Positions 10,744-23,439 of a stretch of DNA of 64,000 nucleotides are shown here, piece by piece. The notes beneath the pieces were generated by a model. It did not search any database and was not told the DNA's origin. It saw nothing but the letters and a program-made list of their open reading frames with translations. The number at the start of each line of letters is the position of its first letter. Positions within the stretch are counted from its first letter, which is position 1. This DNA is from Tubulanus polymorphus. Taxonomy: Eukaryota; Animalia; Nemertea. The DNA lies in the NCBI RefSeq assembly GCF_964204645.1, contig NC_134028.1, positions 23,742,345 through 23,806,344 on the forward strand, given 5' to 3'. The position numbers and the translations under genes are program-made.

Positions 10744-13700
10744 ACTCCGATTACCGAAGTTAACCTAATGTGGATGTCTGCTGCCAGTTTCCATCGACTA
10801 GAATATTTCTCAAAAGCGCTCCATTGTGTAGTAAATAGATATCATAGATACAGCGCACGGTTTAATCCATATAGCTTAATGCGGTTTTATTCCTCTGCGA
10901 GGAAGCATATATTCGGTTTCGGCAGTTCTTATTACCCGCGAGCGCTTGAACGGTTCAGACTTGGCTTCATCATCGATTTCACGGGTATTCGTTCGATCAT
11001 CTCATTGCCGTCGAAGAAAAGGATACCCTAAAGCGATTCTGCAGATTGGCACATGATTGGATCGACGGTTTTTTTTCGCGAATATCCCCGGCGCAATTGA
11101 GAGAGCGCAGACGCATTCAACTCGATCGCGCTGAACTACGCGTGAAGAAGAGTGGAATCTACGTGAAATAGATATTGAAAAAACACAATAATTTACTTTT
11201 GATCTTAGTTGAATTACGGCATAACGTTGTTCACGTGAAAATACCTCCTCATCAGGCCAGCTTATACCCGGGTTCTTAGCTTCTTTAGTGAGATGTTATG
11301 GGACACGCTCGTTCTCAGATTCACGAAAAACTTTATCTAAGACATGATGTTTTTCGTATGAAAAATCTTCGCTCATCACGGTCGGCATCCATAAATTCTG
11401 GTGGATTCATTTCGATTAAAACGCTTACAAACACGTACGTATCTCGGATACATTACAGTTAAGTTGGCATTCCGTATACACCTTACGAAATACAGAGAAG
11501 CGAAAATCCTCCCTCATCAATTTCGGTATCTTAAAATTCTGATGACATCTTATAAAGATGCGGCATTGTTCGGCTGCTCCGAGTATCTCTATCAGTGTTG
11601 TCAAGGAAACAACTAAAAGACAATTCGGTAGTGTAATATGAGTCAAGGGTTCATCAGTGAGTTGCATATTAAATTAGCGTGCGTTTACCTTTTTTTCATC
11701 GATAAAGCAATTGCACAAGTGTCATTGTGATGTTGTGAATACATCGACTCGAGAGACTAGCAGACGGTTGTCAGTTTGACAGTTCGACAATCTCATAAAG
11801 TTTGATATCGGCGTCCGTTTTGGAAATGAACTTATTGTATAATTGTATCATCAAATTCAAACATCAAGTAGAAATCGGACCTGACGTACAATTACATGCG
11901 CGCATAGCGGCCATTTTTAAATCCACCGGATACTTCGTTGGTTGTCGTTTTTATCAACGGTATACAAGTCTTCGCTACTAGCGCATAGAGCTTCATCAGG
12001 CAAATGATCCAATCAACATAGTTTATGAGAAATATTCTAATCCTTTACCGTAAATGAGAAAAATTGAAGATAAGCTTCAGCATTTGTCGGTGCTCTGTTA
12101 ACAGAGAATTTCAAATTGGTTTAAAAATTGCGAATGAGTAACCGAGAAACTGGATACAGTTATTTCTTTTACCTTATTTCTGTTATCTTTTGTCGGAATA
12201 ATAAGTGACGATACAAATGCTTTGAAACTGCTGATGATTTTTTTTTATTCTGAAGCGAGCGACGACGAGTGGGTCTGGTGATTTATTTGACGGCTGCACA
12301 AGCGCTTACCCCGGGAGGAAGTCAGGAAACTGCCTCAGCTTCATTAAAAGTAGTCGTGGCTCATTAACTACAGTGAACGGCAGAAAACGGTAAAGGTTTT
12401 ACCTGGTCTAGTTACTTCCTGCTCTTTCACTCTCTTCGTAATTGGACTCAGACTGCATCATCGCCCGCGAGAGGAGCACATTACACATCTATACAACGCG
12501 GGTTCTTCAGCCTTCGCTAATATTGAAGTCCCCAATCACTCGCTTGCCGGTTCAGGCTGGTTGGAAGATTATTTACATGAACCGGAACCGAAATTTCTGA
12601 TTATGTGCTTCGATTTAAACAAAACCTTCTGCCGCCGATCGCACAACTATATATATATACTTCGATTTCCGATTTCAAAATCAAACCCCCTTTTTGCTCC
12701 CGGCAGGTGCAGCGGGTTTGTAAGGGGCATTAAATAATAGAAAAATTCAAACCAAACCAACCAATCGAATAGATAACATTGACAATTGGCGAGCTCTTTT
12801 TAAAGATACTAACCCAAAACTGTAGAACCATAGATCCACGGAGCCAACTCGGAATGGGAAATATTGAAAAAAGATCGTGAAAACTGGCGTTGCCTAGTGC
12901 CTGGTTCCATACACCGGCAACATTTTGTCTCTGGAAACTGGCGATATTGGTAATAGTTATACATCATTGGTACTGATAGCGTACTTGTACACATTTGCCG
13001 TGGTATTGATCACGAAGTGCGTAGCGTTCATTCTTAGCGCGAAACCTGATGGTTAATTGCTCTGAGCCTTATTGGAAAGCGGCTCTCGGGCGGCGGCGTC
13101 ATCCGACGTGGTGTTTGTAACGATCGAGTCATTCGCATTGTCGCGTTGTGCGTGGCGGTGCGTTGTGCGTGGCGGTGCGAGTGGAAGAAACGAAAACACA
13201 ACTGAAAACACTGATTTTTACTCTATGTAGCGTGTGTACATTCGGATTGTTTCTATGGACACAGTACGACTGGTATAGTTCACAGGTAACGCGTTTAAAA
13301 AGATTTGAATGTTTTGTTTAATGCGTGCTCGCTACCAGGTTTAATACATTGTATCAGCATCTAATTGTCTCAATTTTGATTAACATCCTACTTAACCAAA
13401 TTCTAAATTTCTCGTGTTTATCGTGACAGTTAGTGTGATAGCACGGGTGAAAGCACCTTCAATTTTATCTAGATGTGCAGAGTTTCTGGTGAAATTTCCA
13501 TCAAGCAGCGACTTTCGACACATCGATAGCTTTTAACGAGGTGTCTCAAAAATCAATTTAGAGATCTATACGAAATCACTAACGCGGCTTACTTATCAAT
13601 GCACTTTAAGATGCGATGATGGTTACACCGAAGAAGCCGTGTTTTAAGCTTTACTGTGAAATGAGTAGATTTCGAAAAATTTCTGTCGTTTTTTTATATT

Positions 13701-16700
13701 CGGTTGGATGTCTTGTAATTAGTTCTCGTCAATCTCGTACGTGTGTGTACACACAGTCGTGTTCTCATCTCATTTCAGCAAGCTCTGAGTTGCCATTTTC
13801 ATCATGTTCATTTTCTTCCAAGAAAATCTAATATCGCAAAGTGCCGGTCTTTTTCGTTCGTTTACGATTAAGTCATTACTTTAATTCCCCATCTGAGCTG
13901 ATTGGTCGGCGTTGCAAGTCCGGATCTTTCATCGAACGAGGCTAAATTAATCCTTCGCCTATAATGCAAGCGCGCGCGTGTATGCCTCCAGATCTCGTCC
14001 GGGCAGAGAGGCGTGTCTCTACAGGGAGCACCGATGAAATTCGCTTCGCCGCAAAGCAAAAATAATCGATCACCTGCAAATGAAATGAATTCGATCGAGA
14101 AAGAGAGAAATGTTTCATAGCATCGGTTCATTCCCGATACACACGTTGATATGAAGTTTGATTATCTAGTCGCACGTTGCACAACAGGAAATAACCGACA
14201 GCTTCCCGCGGCAACTTAGCAATATAGTTTCACGTTTCGGTTATCGGGGTTTGACGAGACTATATTAGATTCCGATAGAACATCTATACGAACCTTTCAA
14301 AAGCCCCAAGTGCTAATGCACATATGCTATAAACAGATTATATAATACAGCAAAATAATGAATCCATATGTATACAGTAAACCTCGAAAAATTCAGACAA
14401 ACTTGGACGGGTCAAATGGGTTCGCGAAGGTTAACAACAACGAAAAGTAAAGACAAAAAATACGCTAAGAAGTTAGAAAATGATTTCGTTGTCATTAGAG
14501 GCCGAGTTGACCATGTGCGGGTAAGGCGAGGTTGACCGAGCTTTTAGGAATGATCACATGGATATATAGGTATGTATATGTTGCTCTTGCTCGTCGACGC
14601 CGTTAGGCCGCTCTACTATACCAACTGCAATTAGTACCCAGCGTTACGAGAGACGAGGGAGAGATATCAGAAAATGTCAAGATCATCTATAATCATTAGA
14701 CCGCCGCCGCTGCTGCCGCTACGATGTGCGCGATCTGGGTTCGTAACTATATATATGTACCTTGATACCAGCTCCGTCTCTTCGGAGAAGGGGAAGAAAT
14801 TGCGTAGGCGCGAATCACAGAAAATAAGCGTCTATATCAGATGAAATAATCGTATCAAGACGTCTAGGCTAGGGTAGTTTAACTGCTTATAATCTATACC
14901 ATCAACTGTTACTGAATAATGAGGGAAAATTGCGCTGTCTTTCAAAGTCATGGAATAATCCCGTGAAAACATGATTTATATTTCAATAATTTCTAAAACG
15001 AGCGCAATCTAATAATACACGGATATCTTGATATCGTTTGCCAGCCTCTTGTGGTTATCTTTTTTTCGTCATATTTCGTTGGCTTGACGGAAAAATTAAT
15101 TAATTTAGAAGATTTAAGCATTCCGAGATAAACCCGGTGCCAAGTTTTGTATTTCAAGGATTAAACTTTTTAAAATGATCGTACTGCATCGGATGTTGCT
15201 GTAACTTGTTGACAAGTTACTCTCGAGGGATGTGAGTTACGAAAAAATAGCGCCAGGACTACTGATCGCTGACAACTTGTTGAAAAGATAAAGCTCAAGT
15301 TTTGTTTCGTAACATTTATTTTTGTCGCAAAATGACATTGAAATAAGGTTTTACGAAAAAAAAAATAAATGAGCAGTTTCTGAGAAGTTGCTCAAGACAT
15401 GAATAATAATGGTAGTCTATCGATCCTAACATCGTGTAAACAGATAGCGTTAATGAGCATGAACCACGTTAGCGGCAACTGACACAAAGACAGCTTTGTC
15501 TCCGGTGAAGATCGCTGTAATCATTGCATCGAACGCGAGTCATCAGCCATTTCGTAGATAACGCGGAGCTTCGGTTCTCTTGCAATGTCGGCGGCGCACA
15601 AGAGGCATCGGCTAATACTGTCAACCTTCTGTGTCTCGCTAATACGAAGACTGATCAAAACGCACTTAATTCTCATGATCAATAACGACACGCACGTCTC
15701 GGCTCTCGTTCCAAGTCGTTTAGATAATCATTAAACGCATCTGTAACGACAATACTACTTAGTAGTACTACAATTTCGAGTAGTCTACTAGACCCCGGTC
15801 TTTAGTTCAGACATGAGAATAAGCGTTTTGTACGCTCGGAGTGAAAAGAGATATTGTATCTCTCTCGGAGCAGATAGTTAGTTCACCGGGTAAGTTTGAT
15901 AAGACTTCTAAAATGTGACCTCGAACAAAACGTAGATTAACATTAATTCATGAAAGCTTTCGTCAAATATCTGTATTCCCCTTCCGTCCCGGGGGTAAAG
16001 TGCTCTGGAATATTGGTTCTTTTCTCCCTCGGAATATGTTCTTTTCTCCCTCGGAATATGACTTCTTGCGTCGTGGTTTCATAAAATGTTTATAGACCCT
16101 TAACTCTTGCCCTCTGAAGGCAAGACCCTAAAAATCTGGACCCTATTCCCAAAATTTTCTGCGATTCAAAAAGCCACCATTTAGTTTTTGTCCGGTAATA
16201 CTTCCGTTTCGTGGATAGCGGAGAAATTAGACTGGTTGCCTGTCCAGCATTCGGTAGAGTCCGGCAACCAGTCCAGCGGAGAAATTAACACTTTCACGAG
16301 ATCGCAGATGTAACAATTATACATGAATCAAATGGGTTTCGAATCCTGATCTCAGCTAGATATTTAACTTATAGCCGCGATGCACTGATGTAGTTGTTCA
16401 ATTCATTTAGTAAAATCTGAATTCACTGATGTGTGCATCCCTCGTGTGATATGAATATTACCACTACGTGCTGGAACTAAAAATGGGAATTTCGCGACAA
16501 ACCTTAGGGAATCATCTGAGGCATCAAATCGCGCGAGGTGCCAATTCTATATCATTTTATTATGATTGCATAAGGGTATTTTGCAAATTAGGTATATGAA
16601 ACTCGGACTTTAATCTCGATGTGTAATCTATTATTCAAATTATCTATCAATTCGTAGCCGGCGCTCATTAAAAATCCATGCGTGATTTATTTGCGTTGAT

Positions 16701-17213
16701 TTGGTCTACAAAAAAGTGACTGCTTCGACGATATCGAAATATAACGGTTCCAGGATATGGTGAATTTTCCACGATGACCACCGCATTAGAACGTCAAGGG
16801 AATCTAATGCATATTGGGTTTCGGTTTCATTTCGTTTCATCGATCGTCGAAGTGTTACGAAATATGGAGTATGAAACTTATATTTACCAAACGACAGACA
16901 CAAAATAAGACTCTTTGAAAAAACTATATATTACGAATGGTAGTTGTTGTGAAACGGTCGTTCCGAGAGTTATTGAACACAAGAAACCGTAGTGTACTCG
17001 CGTACGCAATCGATTTTCTTAGCACTATGAAATAAATGGCTTTTGAAATCGAGAGGCTTTGGATCGCCGAATTTTCCAGTACCATTCGTTTTTTCAAAGG
17101 ACATATTATTGCATGTAGAACTAACATGAATGATCCAGAAAATGTAAAAATATAACGTATTATGCTTAAGATACCGGAATAATCTAGACTAAAATCAGTA
17201 CACCATTACGAAC

Positions 17214-17315
17214 CACAGGGGCTGGTATTTGGAGAAAAGGGTGGCAACTCGCACCAGGGATACTGGATGATCTAAGCTACAGTTCACCCCCAAACTTCAA
17301 ATACGAGCCCCTGTG
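17214..17315. mobile_element. MITE with CACAGGGGCT termini
   Basis: Inverted termini CACAGGGGCT / AGCCCCTGTG; degenerate 8-bp flanks TTACGAAC / TAAGGAAC; same termini as 61636-61767. Confidence 0.55.
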
Positions 17316-19657
17316 TAAGGAACGAATGGATTCCGTTTATAAAAGGCTAATCATTCTTTTTGTTGAAAATATCTAGAGGATGTTTTTATCATTGATGAAT
17401 GTGAATAGATGAGTGAACTAGACGAAGACCCCACCCTATATTCGGTAGCGTTGGGACTGCAGTAAACATTACCGTGAGTTGAGAATCATGGAACTTGGTA
17501 GTGTTGTGACTGCTTTTTGTCTGAGGTAGCAGGGAAATAACATAAGGTTTTTGTGAATGAATTCATCTAAAATTCATCGACACGAGAGCGGTTTGCAGAG
17601 TTGACCGAGTAAGGGGGAGTCAACTGTTATTGTTTTTGCCATAAGAAAACGAAAATAATGAAGCCGTCATTCTTCCCGTGTGTCTATAGAGATTGAGTAT
17701 ATACGGCAACAGAGAAAAAGCGTCAGATATCAATTATAATCATCTATTTCTATGATATTAAGAGGTTCCCCGCGATGACAGTTGCGCGAAGAGAAAATTA
17801 GCAGATGCTTTTGATGGATTTTCCTCGCTCATCCTCATAATGTTGTCTGTTGCTCTAGGCAACATTTTTTGGTCTGAGCAACATTAGATCAAGACGATTA
17901 CAAAACACGATGTGAACAACTTGTTGTTTTGCTGAAAAAAAGAAGAATCAGAATGAAATTCAGCGTTCAACGTTCAGCAGATATTCTACTTACGTAAGCA
18001 GCGCCACCGGTTAATTGGTGACAGTTTCTGGGAAAATCGCAGCGACCTTGAAAAAGATGAAATGTTTTCCAGCGTTTGTAGATGTATCAAATAGCTGCGT
18101 ATGAAAAAGAATTCTCGCTAAATAAATAACTGCGATAAGATTCACCACCTCAAACAATCTATAACGTCCTCCCCTTCCACCTCCCTTTCTCCCTTTGTTA
18201 TTCAAATTCTGTCGATAGTTAGTGTTTCAGTACTATGGTTATATCATGATTTGATTTTAAACATGCAGGCCCACTTATAATATTGCGGGGCCTGAGTAAG
18301 ATTCAGATGTTAGAGTTCATATCAGTTTCAGTTAGTTAGTTAACTTCAAAAGTAAAATTTCAACTAATAACCGACGCAACTGGGTCTATAGCCGAACAAC
18401 CTGTTTTTCTCTTTTGCAAGATAACACATACGTTCTTTATAGAATAGTTTATGTTGTTTGATCAATTGATTTTTTTGATAAGGCGTCTTTTAAACCAATT
18501 GTCTTGTAGCAAACGATATACTCGAAATATCCTTTGTGAAGACGCTGAGTAGGTTTCAATCTGAAACCTGAGACATTTTCCGAAGATTTTGCAGCGCTAA
18601 ATTAGATGAATATCGATATAATATCGGTTTGAAATCGCTTGTACATCGTCATATATGATAGCATAACCCTCGTTCCACAGTGCACGGATTTCAAAAGCTA
18701 AGAACAACATGTAGAACTTGGTATAGAATTACAACAGCGATATTTAGTTTGAGAAAGTGTTATTAAGATGATTTCTGGCAGATCATGGCTATAACAATTA
18801 GACAGATGACATTTCAACCCCTCCCCCAAGTCACAACGGATAATGTGTAAGCCTCAACTAATTTCAGGATCGGAATTACCTTAAATCCGAGTGATCGAAT
18901 AAGAAATTAAATATGGCACACATGTCAATATCGTTCTTGTGAGTGAAATCTCAGGGTAAATTGATTTATCTTCTGCTGTAAAAATCGACTTCCCGCCGCG
19001 CAGTAAATTGGATTGTCTGTACGATCGTCTTAAATGTCGTTATAGATTATTATCTTTCGTGATATAAACTAACGCTCAGATATTCGAGATTATTTTTGTT
19101 AGTTTGAACGTGGGGGGAATCATTCGTTTAAAAATTCATGAATAAAACATCTTTCTATCTTATACGACAGCATTCTGACGACAATTATATCTATCTGTTT
19201 TTACGCACTGAAAAATAATTTCTTTTGGGATAGATTATGTTTCTGGGAGCTACAATAAGATAAATATAACCAATAATTTTTTTTTTGTGTGAATTTTTCA
19301 TTAATAAAAATGGCCGTCGTCGAGAAAAATGATAAATTTAAGTATGAATCATTTTTCTGTGGGATTTATTCACACAAAAAATAGATTTCTTTAAATAGAT
19401 TTGCGAACTACAAAAAAATTAGATATAATGGTCGGCAGGATTCTGCCGTGATTTGATCATCTTTGTCAAAATGGGGAAACATCAACAACGGATTTTTTTT
19501 TAGCCCGGATATACTAAAACCTTGAAAACTCCTTCAGGATTTCACGTGAAAAAATTAGTTATTTGCAAGACGAAAATATGATTTGTTAATTTTTCTTCTC
19601 TTACGTATATTTCCAGAAGCTGTAGGTTCCATATCGCAAGCAGAAGAGAATACAGCG

Positions 19658-21301
19658 ATGATCCGGCGAGGTTTTACGATTTCGTTTTGTTTGTTCAGTT
19701 GTTACTGCTTACTGTGGGCAATGTTACTGCTACAGAATACTGACGACCGTATTTCTATACGGACCGTAGCCAACCTGAAGAAAAAATTCCGCCACATCGT
19801 TCGTGTCCGCGCATTGCGGAGCAGCGATAACGCCGAACTGAATCCGGCGGCTTTTGTGGATTATTCGCTCAACCGAAATTCGATCAGTTGGTTTTCTCAG
19901 GGACCGCGCAAGAAAACCGAACGCCAATCAAGCCTTGTCGTCGGTTCGGACGTGGTTTCGAATACCGATGACGTTGTAAAATCAGAGCCGGTTACCCGGA
20001 ACGACGAAGACGCCGATCACGACGGGGATTTACAAAGTGCTATTAACTTAATAGAAATGCCGAGATATCTCGACGAAGACTACGGCTCATCGCGAAGACA
20101 TTCGCATCTCGATAAAGTCACGGAAATTACCGATCGTAAAAAGGGAATTACCGATCATCGTGTCTCACAGAGTAAATTGCAGGCTTTTCAAACAGCGAGC
20201 CGGGACAAACGACTTCAGAAATTTCCGGGTGTTGGAAACGATGAAATAAAGCATAGCGATGGACACATATCAATTCCGACGAAATTTGATCGGCCAAATT
20301 TAGTTAATTCGTCGAGTAATTTAAACCACCAAAACATGGATCTCTATACGGATAGGGCTGTTACGAATTCGAAAAATGTTTTCGGTAATTTCTATTCCAA
20401 TCGCTCGCTGTTCGATTTGTCTTTAGGCGTCGATCCGGAGCTTTATGGTAAAAAAGTTCCGCCGGAAAGCAATTATTTCAAAGTGCGTCCGTATTTGATC
20501 AATAAAATCAACCATAAATTCACGATAAACGTAAGCGAAACGTGCGGCGAAGAGAAGGTATTTCTGTTGATTTTAGTTTGTTCGATTCACGAGAATTTCC
20601 GCTATCGTCAGGCCATACGAGATACATGGGGAAGCATATCTAATTACCAGAGCCGGGTGAAGCTCGTATTTCTGTTGGGACGACACCGCGATTCGTACTG
20701 GAATAAAAACATACGAAAAGAAGGCGCTTCCTATCGCGACATCGTACAAATCAACTTCGCCGAAAGTTATAAAAACCTAACGCTGAAAGTTTTATCGGGA
20801 TTACGTTGGGCGTTACAATTCTGCAAGCAAGCGTTATACGTGTTAAAAAGCGACGAAGATATGTTAATTAACGTGCCTTATTTGGTAAGAGTTTTGATGA
20901 AGTTTCCGCTAGAGAACGAGGTATTCGGCGCTTTGAACGTCAGAGCGACTGTAATGCGGACCGCGAGGAGTAAATGGGGTGTTCCTAATAGCATCTACCC
21001 ATTTAAGTATTACCCGCCATATCTTTCCGGAAATAGCTACGTTATCCCGCTCGACGTCGGCCGGAAGTTAGTGTCGGCTGCTCAGATGGTTCCGTTAGTG
21101 CCGATAGAGGACGCGTTCATCACCGGTATTCTCGTACGCGTTAGGAACGTTAGGTTGAAAGGGTCCGATAAGTTTACGCATTGGGGCAGCCCGGTGGTGC
21201 AGTCGTGTGACTTTATAGAAGGGAAAAAGATCTCCGGCACGCACATGACCCCTAAGTTAATGTACAAAATCTGGTCACAGATTACCAAAAAGATCTGCTG
21301 A
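19658..21301 (+). CDS. Beta-1,3-galactosyltransferase family (GT31) protein, single coding exon
   Basis: TM near the N-terminus, long stem, then RQAIRDTWG, DIVQINFAESYKNLTLK, KSDEDM, YPPYLSGNSY, IEDAFITG. ATG at 19658 follows an acceptor near 19616. Confidence 0.92.
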   Translation: MIRRGFTISFCLFSCYCLLWAMLLLQNTDDRISIRTVANLKKKFRHIVRVRALRSSDNAELNPAAFVDYSLNRNSISWFSQGPRKKTERQSSLVVGSDVVSNTDDVVKSEPVTRNDEDADHDGDLQSAINLIEMPRYLDEDYGSSRRHSHLDKVTEITDRKKGITDHRVSQSKLQAFQTASRDKRLQKFPGVGNDEIKHSDGHISIPTKFDRPNLVNSSSNLNHQNMDLYTDRAVTNSKNVFGNFYSNRSLFDLSLGVDPELYGKKVPPESNYFKVRPYLINKINHKFTINVSETCGEEKVFLLILVCSIHENFRYRQAIRDTWGSISNYQSRVKLVFLLGRHRDSYWNKNIRKEGASYRDIVQINFAESYKNLTLKVLSGLRWALQFCKQALYVLKSDEDMLINVPYLVRVLMKFPLENEVFGALNVRATVMRTARSKWGVPNSIYPFKYYPPYLSGNSYVIPLDVGRKLVSAAQMVPLVPIEDAFITGILVRVRNVRLKGSDKFTHWGSPVVQSCDFIEGKKISGTHMTPKLMYKIWSQITKKIC

Positions 21302-21509
21302 GTAATTTGTTCTGCTACGAACTCCAGTGAAGTTCATTACTTGTTCCTTATTCCTTATTCCGTTACTTATTGAGAATTCATCTCCCAATTAAGGAACAGG
21401 GAAGTGTTTAAACCTAGGTCTTTCAAGTGTTAAAATTGATTTCACAACATGCTGCTTAACATAGCTTTATAGTTAATGTGTCTGCCAAGAATACATGACA
21501 ATATTGATA

Positions 21510-21904
21510 CAGGGGTGGATCCAGGAATACTAAAAGGGCAGGGTTCAGTGCGGGAGAGAAAAAAAGACACTGTCTTTGTGCACAAAATATGATATTTAAA
21601 AATTTGACAGCTGGCCTAAGAATTTAAAAAAATTTAATTTACAGAAATCAACCGAGAAGATTTTGTTCAATTTCAATTAGCGATGAAAATTTCCCGGTAT
21701 TTCATACAAAATTTAATACCTATTGCATTTTGGTTCATGAGCAGTCACCTCAAAGCCACGTCTCACGCAACACCGTGGATATAGTGATCATTGCGATGAG
21801 CATCACGGGGTGGGGGGCACGATTTTTAACTTATTGTATTTTCAAAACGGGTACGGTAGTCCTCTGAAAAGGAAGGGGTTCGACCACCGCTGGATCCGCC
21901 ACTG
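21510..21904. mobile_element. Non-autonomous DNA transposon (hAT-like MITE)
   Basis: Imperfect TIRs CAGGGGTGGATCCAG / CTGGATCCGCCACTG. Confidence 0.5.
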
Positions 21905-22334
21905 TAAAACAGGCTTTGAATAAATGAAATGTTATCGAAACTTCGAGAACGCCTTTTGATGAATTCTGTAATGCAGCAATTCCAGGAATATGCGGTGAAG
22001 CTCCGTTTCGAAGACGCTTTTTAATTTTACTCGTTCGTTTTCAAACGTCTTTGATGATTTAAAAATTCTTCGCCAACTGTCAAGAGAATATAACGTCTTG
22101 CTACCGCTCTCTAATGAACATGGCGTGCAGCAAATACTCGATAGCGTGACTCGTGCATTTGATGTGCTTTAAATACGCAAACCCTTTGAGAATTATATCG
22201 TCTTGGTGTGTCTATAACGTGACGGGCGGGATTAGCCCGTTGCATTAAAAACCCAAGGCGAATTTATGTAGCGTTTTCACGTGATTATTATACCATACGC
22301 TCGTTATATGCTAAACGAATAAGAGATTAGAAAA

Positions 22335-22538
<204 letters not shown>

Positions 22539-23439
22539 TGCTAGTCTTCCTATAGGTTCAGCGACAAGACAATTTGCGTCTTGGCTTTTGAGCAGTCCAA
22601 GTATTTAAGCTTAATCTATCACTCGCTGCGTATATGACACCAAGACGGCTGTTTCTCATATCTCTGTGGATAAACGTATATAATTCAGCTCTGGGTAGAT
22701 AGCTGATTAGACACGTCGAAAATCGACATTATCTAAACATCGACCTGACTATGGGAGCAAACATCTCGAACCTACTACGATCTATTCGCATTAATCAGTA
22801 TCGCATGCGAAACGCCGTGTACCGCGAGAATGAAGGTACATTCTGAGAGATTTTTGACAGACCAGTCATACGCCGTGCGCACCTTTCGGCGTGTGTGCGC
22901 ATGCATAAATTCAATAAAAAGACCAGAAAAGACTGAAGAACGATTGAATAATGCATAAGATCGTTTCAGGCATGGCGATGCGATCAAATATCCAGCTCTT
23001 TCAGGCAAGATATCAGCCGTCATGTAGATCTGATCATACAGTTACCATATTCCTAAACAGGCACCTCTTCGTGACGGGTATATGTAATATTTCATATCTC
23101 CGCTTCACAAATCAGTCGGGAGAAAATGAAGTGACTTAAACCTCCATAGTATCGGGTTGGTTTCTTTTTTTTTTGGGGGGGGGGGCTTGAAAACGAATAT
23201 TTTATACGATGAAAATGTATTCTCGGTTGCCTAGACAACCTTTCCAAATTGATAAAACAGGGTGATATTCTAATTTCGATAAGGCATGTATAGACCTAGC
23301 GATAGAACGGTTTATCTTGACAAAAGCGAATATTTTGAACACGCACCGGAAATATGGTGGGCACAAATACGTAGATATAAACCCGTGGCTATCGGGCTGA
23401 TTTCTATCGCTACCCCGCTAGTTTTTGTATCAGTAAACG

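Noticed and set aside
10768-18205. Scattered 60-87 aa ORFs between IL-17 and the GT31 gene
   Set aside because: No motifs or consistent exon chain; probably intergenic or GT31 5' UTR introns (possible non-coding exon donors near 13286 and 15890).
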